A stretch of 63,547 bases of DNA, counting the filler, from Aduncisulcus paluster (lineage: Eukaryota), in the NCBI GenBank assembly GCA_024181965.1. It is 16 parts of 16 records of this genome, joined end to end, with 100 filler letters (N's around TTAATTAATTAA, not from the genome) between each part and the next. Parts side by side here need not be neighbours in the genome. Positions count along the whole stretch, not along the records: positions 46,625 to 48,039 come from BQXS01000298.1; positions 48,140 to 63,547 come from BQXS01000299.1; 14 more parts are not named here. One strand, given 5' to 3'. Of this stretch, positions 46,625 through 58,800 are shown piece by piece. The translations under genes and the position numbers were made by a program. Below the pieces are notes generated by a model. It searched no databases. It saw only the letters and a program-made list of their open reading frames with translations, and was not told where the DNA came from. The stretch's first letter is position 1. Every line of letters starts with the position of its first letter.

Positions 46625-48039
46625 ATCATGATCTTTCTCCTTCAGAGCTTCTTCTTGTTCCTCTCCTGCTTCTTGTTCCTCTCCTGCTTCTCGCTGCCCC
46701 AATGAGGAACAAACAGGGAAGGAGAAGTATAGCAACATGCCTCGTCTGTTCCGTTTCTTGGCACTTCCAACATCCTTCGAGTCGTCAGTTTCAATGATCA
46801 CCATTCCATCATCATGCTCTGGTGTCTCGGAGGCATCAATGACGGTGGAAACAAGAGAGACATCATGCTCTCCTCCTCTCTCTTCTCCTTTTCCACCAAA
46901 CTCTCCTTTTCCACCAAACTCTCCTTTTCCACCAAACTCCCCTTTTCCACCAAACTCTTCCTCTTCCTCCCCTTCGCTTGCTTCCCTCCTCCCTTCTTCA
47001 AAACGATCATTCTCATCAAAACAACCAACAACAAAACTGTTGGAAGACATCCATGCAACATCACAGATTCTCACATGGCTAAAAATAGATTCATCTGAGA
47101 AACATGTCAATATATTCCTGGCCCTCATTGTTGAAGTAAACGATTGAATTGACTCAAACAATGAAACAGAACGCTTCGAACGTGCATCGGATTGTTTCAC
47201 CATCTTTTTCATCATTCTCTTCTTGATGGGTTTCCATTTCTTCTTCCCTCCTTCCTCTTTCTTGCCCTCAGTCATTTCTGCACCGATAAACTTCGATAAT
47301 AATAGACAATCAATGCTCCAAATTTGGGTTGAGGAGAAGATCAACACCAATCGCTGATCCCAACTGACTCGAGCATGCTTACAACCTATAAATAGCCCCT
47401 TCACAATCGGAACAAGACGCATATCCTTGGAACATAGCTGTGAACGATGTTTGTGGGCTGTGGAATCTGCAATGTAACACAAAGATCCATCCGAACACAC
47501 GACATATTTGATGTCATTAACTGAAAATATTGTTGCAAGGGGAATACGTGTCTGGAATGTCGGTTTGACATCTATTTCATGCATGTCGCAACAGTGCGAG
47601 TGCATTAATTCTGATTTCACCTCCTTCATGGAGAAAGGGAGAGAAAATCTTTTTAGAACGGATGCCCCATGACTCTTGTCCACAAACATTCGGTATTCAT
47701 CGTCTGTCTGCGATAACTTTGAAATGGGATTCTGAAACCTCCACTCTCGAAGCGTTGAATCCATCGATGCAGTGAGGAACGAACAATACAGCTGTGAAAT
47801 ATCGTTTTGTGAGGATGGAATAATATTTGGGGTAAGAATAGATTTTTGAGAAGAAAGAATCCCATCCGTAACAACATTTTGATGGGACATTCGTTTCAAG
47901 GGATTCGAATGATCCATGGGAGAAATAGGAAATCGGAACAACACAGCACCATAAGAAACAGATAAAATAATGGGAGATGGCGATTCAGAAATTGCAAATA
48001 TGAAGAAAATATGAGACGATGCCATCTTTTTCGAAGGAG
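46625..48039 (-). CDS. Divergent WD40-like protein, partial, with GGKGEF x4 repeat
   Basis: FLTASMDSTLREW and ICDVAWMSSNSFVVG resemble WD blades; 18-bp tandem repeat at about 46885-46958. Confidence 0.5.
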
Positions 48040-48139
48040 NNNNNNNNNNNNNNNNNNNNNNNNNNNNNNNNNNNNNNNNNNNNTTAATTAATTAANNNNN
48101 NNNNNNNNNNNNNNNNNNNNNNNNNNNNNNNNNNNNNNN

Positions 48140-51100
48140 TCTTCCCTGAAAGAACTCAATTTGACAAATGGTGCGATTATATCAACCAATTCAGTTTCTG
48201 TTCCTCTTTGGATGCAAGAAATGAAGTCATTAACTCCATTGTTTGACGTTGACAATAATTATGACGTTTTTTCCTCTTCTGGAGGACTCTTTCCACCCAC
48301 TCTCGAAAGCATCTCCATTGCTGGACGTGTCAACGTGTCATTTCCTTCTTTCTTCGAGAGTCTTATCCTCGATGGTGGTGATCCTCTTCCTCATTTGACG
48401 ACTGTCAATCTCAGTGGAACCAATGTATATGATTTTTCCTCCCTTCCCGCATCAGTAACTAATCTCATTGTTAATGAAGGAAGCAATGTCCATGGAACAC
48501 CTCATTTCAGAGACTATGCAACACTTCCATCCTCACTCACATCATTAAGCCTTCAGAATAATATCAATGATCTGTCTGTGTTACCTGCACATGTCCCTTC
48601 TCTCCAGTACCTTGACCTATCAAGAAGCTCAGAAGTGGATTTCTTTTGCCAGAGTATAACATTGTTCGCCATAGATATCGATTCAATCACAAAGTTGACT
48701 GATTTGGAGAGTCTTGATCTTTCGAATTGTGGTTTGTCCAATGATTCGTTATCCAAATTGGCTGATATGCCTCAACTGAAGGAATTATATATCAACAACA
48801 CGTGTGAGAATGTTTGCAATTCTGAAACTTATGATTATCTTAAGTGTCAGGATGTATCAGATATATCCAGTCTTTCTACTCTGACAAACCTGACCCATCT
48901 GGGTCTGCATGGCCTTGGAAGCCTCGATGATATTTCGATAATTCCTACTTCTTTCCCTGCCCTTGAGTTCCTTGATATTGGACACATTCAAGAACAGATA
49001 TCCATTCCAGATATGACAAATCTTACCAACTTGAAATATTTAGATATCTCTGGACTCACCAACATAGAAAATTCTTTGGCTCTCTTTTCTCCTGCAAACC
49101 TTGAGGTACTGATAATGAATGGGTGTCGAGAATATGGTGATTATACGAAGACTGACTTTTTGTTGGGTTTAGATTCTGCCACAAACCTTATCAAACTTGA
49201 TCTTGGATCCAATGACTTTGAATATGTTACTTGGCCAGATTTTACTCAATTGACGAACCTTGAATGGCTATCTTTCAATGATTGTTCTCGGTCATATTTC
49301 CCTGACCAATTATGGGTTTCCGTGGGTTCTTTAGTATCCCTGAAATATTTAGATATGCCTGNNNNNNNNNNNNNNNNNNNNACATTCAAGAACAGATATC
49401 CATTCCAGATATGACAAATCTTACCAACTTGAAATATTTAGATATCTCTGGACTCACCAACATAGAAAATTCTTTGGCTCTCTTTTCTCCTGCAAACCTT
49501 GAGGTACTGATAATGAATGGGTGTCGAGAATATGGTGATTATACGAAGACTGACTTTTTGTTGGGTTTAGATTCTGCCACAAACCTTATCAAACTTGATC
49601 TTGGATCCAATGACTTTGAATATGTTACTTGGCCAGATTTTACTCAATTGACGAACCTTGAATGGCTATCTTTCAATGATTGTTCTCGGTCATATTTCCC
49701 TGACCAATTATGGGTTTCCGTGGGTTCTTTAGTATCCCTGAAATATTTAGATATGCCTGTTGTGGAGTCCAAGTTGGATATGTTATCCGGTTTAACAAAC
49801 TTAAATTGTTTTCGGATAAGATGCGCTTTTGATTATAGTTCCAAGTATTCTTTTCCATCGAGCTTGGTGCAACTAGAGATTGTGGAATTAATTGCGCCAT
49901 ACAATTTGCCAGACTTCTCTATCTTCCCTAAGCTTAGGGTTATTCAACTCACTGGTGGCAATGTATATATGAACAAGTCTGTTTTGCAGGCCCCCCTCTC
50001 TACTGAACGCTTTGCGTTATATTACACTTACTTTGATTATGTTATCTTTTCTTTGATAGATTCCCTCTCCAAGATCAAGGAAGTTGACCTTGCTTGTTAT
50101 GATCTTCAAATTTTGATGAATAATGTGAAAGATTTCTCTGGACTAACCTCTGCAAAATATCTTCGCTTCAATGGGTATGGAGAGGGTGGTCTGGATCTGA
50201 CGGATGTTATTTGGCCTAAGAGTGTCCGTATCTTTGAGCTTACTTCTATTAGAGATTTTGGAACCGATTTGTCACTCTTCACCAATCTCGAGCAGGTTGT
50301 CCTCGGACAAAGTGGACTTAGTGTTGATGTCAATGTGCTCTCTCCTTTCATCTCATTGAATACTCTCAAGAAAGTAACAATATCTGATACTTTTGTATCT
50401 GCTGGAATTGAGGTATTGGGCAGTATAAAATCTTTGGAACGCTTGGATTTGGCAAACGAAACTTGTTTCGTTGATCAACCACAAACTGATGTATTTGAGG
50501 GATTAACGAACCTTCATTATCTGAGATGGAGTGGACTAGAATGTTATAGAACTGAATATTTTTATGAAATTGATTTTTCATCTCTTGTCAATCTCCAACA
50601 GTTAATTTCTTATAAAGGACGCTTGGATGATTATAGTGAACTTCTTCAGGTGAGATACATTGATATCTCACTGGATACTAATAATGACTACCCATCTGAT
50701 GTGAGTCAGTTGAGGGATTTAAACGAGTTGTGTATTCTCTATGTTCGTAATTATTCGTTTTTCTATGATCTCTCCCCAATGTACCATCTTCCACATTTAA
50801 GGGGAGTGTATTTTGGGGGGAGTTACGTTTGTTTTGGAAATCAAAATATTGATGATTTGCAAGATCAATTCGTGAATAGCAGAAATGTTTCTTTGGAAAT
50901 ACCAGAACCCGAGTGTACTTGTCCTTCTCTTGATCCCGAGGAGGGTAGTACTATTGCTGTATTTTCTGATAATATTGTGTGTAAACGGGGTCATGTTACT
51001 TGCTCAGGTGACTCCTATGCGACATACACCAATAATACATTAACATGCACCAAGGCTGCAGGATGTGCAGATGGCTGTAATAGCACTCAAAGTTGTGTAT

Positions 51101-51507
51101 GGAATGAGGAGTTGCATGCTGCTTCCTGCCAATGTGTTGATAGCTATGTTGGAACCATGTGCCGATTTTATTGTTATTCTTCTTACTGTGGACATGGTCA
51201 CTGCACAACATTTTTCAACGAAGACAATGAAGAAGAAGTTACATGTGCTTGCGATTGGTGGTGGGAAACTAAAACGGATTACCATAAGTGTGATAACATC
51301 TCCAACAACGGCATTTTTGTTATTGTCTGCTCATCAGTGATTGTCTTTTTGATAATTGTCTTCATTATTATTGTTAAACTTATCCTTCCAAAGTATCGAG
51401 AAAGGAAAAAGTACAAAAGATTCCAATCAATTGATGTTTCTGAAAAAACTCAGATCGTCATGACTCAACCAATTTTTGGTGATGACATCCTAATCAAAGA
51501 AGAATGA
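48140..51507 (+). CDS. Leucine-rich repeat surface protein with Cys-rich/EGF-like modules and one TM helix, 5'-partial
   Basis: Many LxxLxxLDL/IS repeats, CQCVDSYVGTMC and CGHGHC..CAC EGF-like units, TM GIFVIVCSSVIVFLIIVFIIIV, short tail; 48984-49361 duplicated at 49382-49759 across a gap. Confidence 0.88.
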
Positions 51508-52191
51508 GAAAAAGAGGGGATTTCTCCGAAAGACATCTTTTATTGGGGTTTTGAGGGCGAATAAGTCGCCTTAAATCGATATTTTGTATCCTTTCCCTTA
51601 AAAACAATAAATACATTGATTTCGGTGGATAATTATTAACCATAAAACGGTGTGATAGAATAATTGATTGATAAACTTCCTTTTTCATTTCCAAAAGACT
51701 CAAATAAAGAACCAATAGTTTCTGAGTCAGATGGAGCAAATTCATTGATATAAAATATTAAAGGTTGATGCGGTTCCACAGGAATTAAAGCTTTGCCTCT
51801 TAATTTGTCTTTCAAAACAGCGATGGTGTATGAAGTAGCTACTTTTAGTTTATCTTTGAAATGCTTGGGGGTAGAACCAACTGGCGTTAGAATTAATATA
51901 ACTATTATAAATATATTTAAAAATAATATTATATTAGGAACAAATGTTTTAGTATTAACAAAGGATGGACAAGAGTAAAAAAAAAATATACAAATGACAA
52001 AAATGAAGATATTTTATGACATACCTTTGCCTGGAATTCCCATTAAAAATCAATTGGCAGGAAAACAAAATATCTTAGTGTTGTGTAATATGGCAAAAAA
52101 CAGTTTTTATCAATATCAAGCGAAATACAAAAATAAAACCAGAATATTCAAGAATTAAGGACTTTAATTTTATTATTAGGAGAGAGAAATA

Positions 52192-52491
52192 TTAGATAAA
52201 GTAGAAATAATCTTCTTGGATAGCATCAAATTGAGAAGCATTGTTAATATTCCACCTCAGCTCGGCTCTACAATCAAATTCTTCAGCAGAAGTCGTTCCA
52301 CAACCGGTAGGACAGAAATACATGAATTTGAATGAATACAGATACCCACTAACAAGAGATTCACCATTATTAACGATGGATGTTTTGTTAGCATCGCTAC
52401 ATTGAGCAGGATCGGCATCTTCGCTGTACTCATTCAGTTCGATTAAGGGTTCATCGGTGTCCTCAGTCTCATCGAACCAGAAACGGACCAA
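52192..52491 (-). pseudogene. Start-less gene remnant, possibly a PA14-like C-terminal part
   Basis: VRFWFD..LIELNE..LVSGYLYSFKFMY..AELRW..AIQEDYFY; in-frame stop directly upstream and no ATG at the start. Confidence 0.35.
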
Positions 52492-52642
52492 TCAACTTGA
52501 AGTTGACACAGAAGATCTTATATTATAGGACCTATAACGTTAGAGATCATGAACTAAATCAGAGAATGATTTCGGATTAATATTATTTTCCTGGAAATGA
52601 TATTTATGTCTTAGAAAGTCACCATAACAAATAGTTCACATC

Positions 52643-52705
52643 ATGATGATTCCAACTCAGTTGTCAAGGCTTGCCAAAACTGATCAAACGGATCCGTCGA
52701 ACTGA
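52643..52705 (+). ncRNA. Candidate box C/D snoRNA
   Basis: ATGATGA 52643-52649, CTGA 52680-52683 and 52702-52705; GCTTGCCAAAA before the first CTGA pairs with conserved LSU rRNA UUUUGGUAAGC (one G-U). Confidence 0.3.
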
Positions 52706-52716
52706 TTTTGATTGCT

Positions 52717-55082
52717 ATGCAAATATTAACACCTGGAACTTGTTTCGAGAATGCTTTTAAGGTTAAATATGACCTTTGTGGCAAGCTTTTAAGTTGTGCT
52801 GAAGCCTTAGATGCTAAACTTCAAGCGGGGGAGAAGTTTGACTTTAAAAAGGTAATTTATTCAAATTTAGGAAATCCTCATGCCCTTGGTCAGGAGCCAA
52901 TCTTTTATTTCCGTGAAGTTATGGGGTTAGCTTCAATGCCCCATTTGCTTGATGATGAAGCCACCAAGACTACCTTTGAACCTGAAGTAATTGCACATGC
53001 TAAGAAAATTTCTGATTCCTTTGGTTGTGGTGGAACAGGAAAATACACAGACACTCAAGGAGTGATGTTTGCGAGAAAATCTGTTGCTGAATACATTTCC
53101 AAGCGTGATGGCTACCCTGCTAAACCTAAAGACATTTACATGTGTGATGGAGCCACTCCTGGTATCCAAATGGTTCTTCGTATTGCTCTTAGAGAAAAAA
53201 CAGACGGTGTCATGATCCCAATCCCTCAATATCCCCTCTATAATGCCTGTATTACTCTCTACGATGGTGCTGCTTGCCCATATTATCTCGATGAAGAAAA
53301 GGATTGGGCCCTTACCCTCGAAGAAATGGAACGCGCCCATGCTGAGGCTGTTAAAAAGGGAATCAACCCCCGAGTATGTGTTGTCGTAAACCCAGGAAAC
53401 CCCACTGGAAACGTTCTCAATGTTGAGATCATGAAAGATATCGCCAAGTTTTGCCATGAGAAGAAAATGCTTCTTCTTGCNNNNNNNNNNNNNNNNNNNN
53501 GTGGAACAGGAAAATACACAGACACTCAAGGAGTAACCAATCTATTTTTAGAATGTCCCTGAGAATGGTCACCACATGAGGAGGATATTGAGGTTATTCT
53601 TGATAGTTCTCTCATCAAGAACATTATTGACACTTTCTTGCCTTCAATGATCNNNNNNNNNNNNNNNNNNNNTGTTTGCGAGAAAATCTGTTGCTGAATA
53701 CATTTCCAAGCGTGATGGCTACCCTGCTAAACCTAAAGACATTTACATGTGTGATGGAGCCACTCCTGGTATCCAAATGGTTCTTCGTATTGCTCTTAGA
53801 GAAAAAACAGACGGTGTCATGATCCCAATCCCTCAATATCCCCTCTATAATGCCTGTATTACTCTCTACGATGGTGCTGCTTGCCCATATTATCTCGATG
53901 AAGAAAAGGATTGGGCCCTTACCCTCGAAGAAATGGAACGCGCCCATGCTGAGGCTGTTAAAAAGGGAATCAACCCCCGAGTATGTGTTGTCGTAAACCC
54001 AGGAAACCCCACTGGAAACGTTCTCAATGTTGAGATCATGAAAGATATCGCCAAGTTTTGCCATGAGAAGAAAATGCTTCTTCTTGCCGATGAGGTGTAC
54101 CAGCGTAACATTTACATGCCTGAAAAATTCCCTTGGGTGTCATTTAAGAAGATTGTCTGTGATTTAGGGTTGGACAAGAAAGGATTTGAGCTATGCTCTG
54201 TGCATTCCACATCAAAAGGAATGGTTGGTGAATGTGGACGTAGAGGAGGATACTTCGAGCTTATAAACGTCAATGATGAGGTTCGTTCTGCTATTTTGAA
54301 ACTGACTTCTCTCTTGTGCGTTAATTCTGCAGGTCAGATTATGACTCATCTTATGGTGTCTGCTCCTCAGAAGAAAGGAGAAGGAAAGGCCAGAGATGCT
54401 TGTTATGACCAATACAAAGGAATCTTCGAGTCCCTTCAGAGGAAAGCAAAGAAATTGCACAAGTTCTTCACTTCTCTTGAAGGTGTGACTTGCTGTTCTC
54501 CACAAGGAGCTCTCTACCTCTTCCCAAGGATCACAATTCCTGAGAAGGCCATTCACAAAGCCAAGGAAGAAGGAATCCCTGCCGACGAGTTGTATTGTGT
54601 CGAAATGCTTGAGAGCACTGGTCTCCTTGTCATGCCTGGATCTTCATTTGGTCAAAAAGAAGGTACCTACCACTTTAGAACTACGATTCTCATGGGTGAG
54701 GATGATCTAGAGGATGTATTGCCTCTTTTGAAGAAATTCCACACCGGCTTCATGTCGAAATACGAGTNNNNNNNNNNNNNNNNNNNNTCTTGAAGGTGTG
54801 ACTTGCTGTTCTCCACAAGGAGCTCTCTACCTCTTCCCAAGGATCACAATTCCTGAGAAGGCCATTCACAAAGCCAAGGAAGAAGGAATCCCTGCCGACG
54901 AGTTGTATTGTGTCGAAATGCTTGAGAGCACTGGTCTCCTTGTCATGCCTGGATCTTCATTTGGTCAAAAAGAAGGTACCTACCACTTTAGAACTACGAT
55001 TCTCATGGGTGAGGATGATCTAGAGGATGTATTGCCTCTTTTGAAGAAATTCCACACCGGCTTCATGTCGAAATACGAGTAA
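52717..55082 (+). CDS. ALT: Alanine aminotransferase (PLP class I/II), one gene inflated by assembly duplications
   Basis: NLGNPHALGQ, PIPQYPLY, VNPGNPTG, LLADEVYQ, PLP-lysine motif HSTSKGMVGECGRRGGY, QGALYLFP, PGSSFGQKEGTYHFRTTIL; identical repeats flank gaps at 53481, 53653 and 54768. Confidence 0.95.
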
Positions 55083-55838
55083 TTTGGTGTGTTTTTATTT
55101 TATTGGAAATATTGGGGGTTTGATGAACTAATGGGTGATTATTGATTTGATTTTTTTTTTTTTTTTTCATTTAAATCCTTTACAATTGGACAATCAATTA
55201 AGATTAAATTAAAATATTATATTGATTCAAAGGAACTGAATATGCAATGAATAGAGATCTATTGCACACATAGATGAAGCGAACTTCTTATACATCTTCC
55301 AGTCAACTTAGCGGTAATTTGAAATTACGAGGATAAAAATAAATTATTATCATCTTTAAATATAATTTAAAGAGATAATACAATGTCAATGACAGATGTT
55401 ATGAATAATAATATAACTTATTATATCTCAAGCCACATTGACTCCTGTGATTTCAAGCTTGTGAAGATTCATTAAACTGAGAACTGTTCCATCCTGGAAA
55501 TGTCAGAACAAGAATAAACTCATGAACCAATATAGTATATTCAATATACAGTTCAAAAATCCATCATAAGACGTTGTTATTCATAAAAAAATCGGGATAT
55601 TAGCGAATCTCAATGCTCCAATATACTGCAAGACGTTTAAGTTAAATAAGTAAGGCGAGAATATTATAAATCATTAGGCCGGAAGTAATAAAAACCATCA
55701 TTACGTGCAATAAAAGAATTAAATCATTAACAAGAAAGAATAAACAGGACCAGAAGAACTGAACAATTGGAGCACATAGAAAAATGAGTTGTAAATGGTC
55801 GGGGATATGTTATGTTATGTATGATAAATACTGATGAT

Positions 55839-58800
55839 TCACTCAATAACCTTTAGGAACATTGTTTTAATCTCATCAATAACCCCAAACATCTCTGCAC
55901 AATGGGGAAGGAATGGTTTCCTCTCTTCGACATGTTGAATAGCATGAGACAAGAGTACACGTGCACTGTTCTCCATGTGCATCAGTTCATGGTGCAACTT
56001 ATCACACACGAGGACACACACAGTCTCACGAGTGTCAACTTGAACAAGGGCAACATGGCTGGACAGGGGAAGAGGTTTCGAAAGAATACCCTTGGGAATA
56101 GCTTTGGCGGAACCTTTAATCCCACCAACATCAACAGTATAACAATCGCTACCCCATAGAGAAGACATTGGAATGGAATGAAGCTGAGGTGGAATGGCCT
56201 TTGTACTCCAGATATACTCTGATAATGGGAACAATCTCTCAGCTTTTGGAGCAGTGAAGTCAGTATAAGAACTGGGATCGGGATTTGGTGGATCCAATCC
56301 AGAATGAGAACGAGATGCAGAAAGACGGCGAGGCTGTTTTTTGCCACTTTCTCCACACAACTCCTTGCTATCATACAACACAGCATCACACACACCATTG
56401 GAATACATTGTTGGGGCATCTGGCAAAACAATCCATTCGTATTCTTCACCAAATGCTTTCACATGTGGGAGACACGTGGTCAAGGCAGGGATGGAAGAAA
56501 TGTGAATGTTCACTTTCATGCAAATATCATTCACTTCACACATCAGAGCGGATAGCTCACTTGGTGTCCTTGACGAACCTGCAAGGGAACAAGCTTTACG
56601 CATCATGTAGTTGTATAATAGTGAGGCCATCTTAAGCATCTCACCTTTCAGAGCATGTTTGTGGAGAAGTGGACTATCGGAGTTCCATTCCCCATGAGTG
56701 ATACAACGGGGCAGGTTGAACAGTGTCGTTGGGATAAGTGGTGTGGATTCAACAAACCCATCAGAAACATCCGTCTCGAATAACGCAACATATTGAACGT
56801 TGAACAAACGATAACATCCAATGAATGGGATATTTGCATACACATCTGCATACCACTCTCCATTCTTCGCTTTCATGCACAGTCCAGAAATATTTCCATC
56901 ACTCAGCATACCATACACACTGTAAGGCCACAATGGCATGAATGATTGTCTTGGCGGACATAGCTTGGTGTAGATGGAACTCAGTTGAGCACATGCAGCA
57001 CTGTATGACACGGATCCACACGAAGCACGCCAGTCAACCAAGGCTGCATGAAGTTTTCGTTGAATGGCAAGAGGCATCTGATCAAAGGAAGTCTTCTCAA
57101 ACGAACCAATGAACATGGACCCACTGTTCACGAAGAAGGAACAACAAAACTTCTCGGAAGGGAAGGAAGAAGCATAAGAGGACATATCCACAACACCCTT
57201 CATGAAGGGATGGAAGTTGATAGGGGATTCAATATATCCTCGATAAGAAATAGATAAACCTTTCGCTATGAATTCCCCATCAACTTTGAATGAACCCCTT
57301 TTTACCTCCTCAGAGAATGGGAATGAATATCTGTTCCATCGCAGGACAGACATATCGGCCATATCTTGAATATCAGGTAGAATCTCAACGGTACATTCCT
57401 TTTCAAAGCCAAATAACGCAGCGCCAAATGGTTTACGATCATAAGAATCGATGGACAAGGACTTCACAGAGGCGGGCTTCTTCAACTGCTTTGCCTTTTC
57501 AATTCGAGAAACGAGAGCTTTTCCATACTCAGTTGTTGGTTTTGATGGTGTAGTATCAGCATGTGCTGCTGCGGCAGGAGTTTGTCCAAAGCCACCACTG
57601 TTTCCCCATCCACTACTCTGTTGCAGAGGTTGTGCGGGTTGTGTGTGTCCGAAGCCACCACTGGACTGTCCAAAAGGTACGCTGGGCTGTGCAAAGGTGA
57701 AGGAAGTGGAAGCTTGCCCAAACCCACTTCCACTCGATTGTCCAAGAGCACTGCCAGTGGGTTGTCCAAACGAAAACCCAGATGGTTGAACTGGACGCTT
57801 TGCTGCCATGATACTTGAATGCAACTGAGAGATGACTCCCATTGGATCACTCAGATCTTCTCCAGGACTGGAATCAAGGATAGGAATTCCAATCCATGAG
57901 ACGAATGAGGTGTCCAATAAGAAAGGTACTTGGGTCGCCATGGAAGAGATAGCTTTGGTGTATCTCTTACAGATAATGAATGAAGGACAAGTGTGCATAT
58001 ATAACACACAAGATACATCTGTTCCCATATCAGAAGAGGAAGATACATCCTTACTCACAGGCACTTCCTTCTCAGCCTCTTCTTCCTCTTCTTTCTCAGC
58101 AAGGGTTGTGGATTCTTCCTCCTTGTCATGATCAACCTCCTTCACTGATATCACACCACTCTTTAATGATTCGGCATCTCTAAGCATCTGCTGCTTGCAT
58201 TCATCCTCACTGACATAACTCAGCATCTCCTCACGGGATACACACTCATAAAAATCAGCATACTGATCATAACGAATCCCATAACAGATACACTCAAAGA
58301 TCATGCCACCAACACACACCCAGAGTGGGATGCCACCCATCTTGTTTAGGTCAGACAGAGAAATAGGTGAGAACGATGCGGAACGTAGGCTGTCTGGACA
58401 CTGTGATGTTCCATACACAAGTTTGTAATGCTTACGATGATGTTTTCTGACATACGTATGGTGGATGTGGATAGGTAGATCAGATGCAACGGTAAGTTTT
58501 GTCTTAACGTCGACTTGCTCAAATCCACTCTTCCAAGCTTCAGTGGAAAACAATGGGAATAAGACAGGAGGGAGGGTGTAATTGAAAGTACCAAAGTCCT
58601 CTTGGTTATACACAAGTGGGGTGGAAGAAGCCTTGAGGAGTGATGTTCGATCGATTAGCGTGGCTCTGAGGGTGTCAGTCGTATGATTGAGTCCAATGGA
58701 GAAGAATGTATCCTTGGGAAGAAGGGGATGGAAACCACCACACAAACCCGTGGATCGCAGTGCTCGATTGATGGCACATATCTGCTTCATCTCAACAAGG

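Noticed and set aside
8687-48139. Recurrent TTAATTAATTAA as a biological repeat or CRISPR-like array
   Set aside because: Always centred in a fixed N run totalling 100 bp; a synthetic six-frame stop linker.
52708-55082. Tandem array of alanine aminotransferase genes
   Set aside because: The repeats look identical and abut 20-N gaps; they collapse to one gene.
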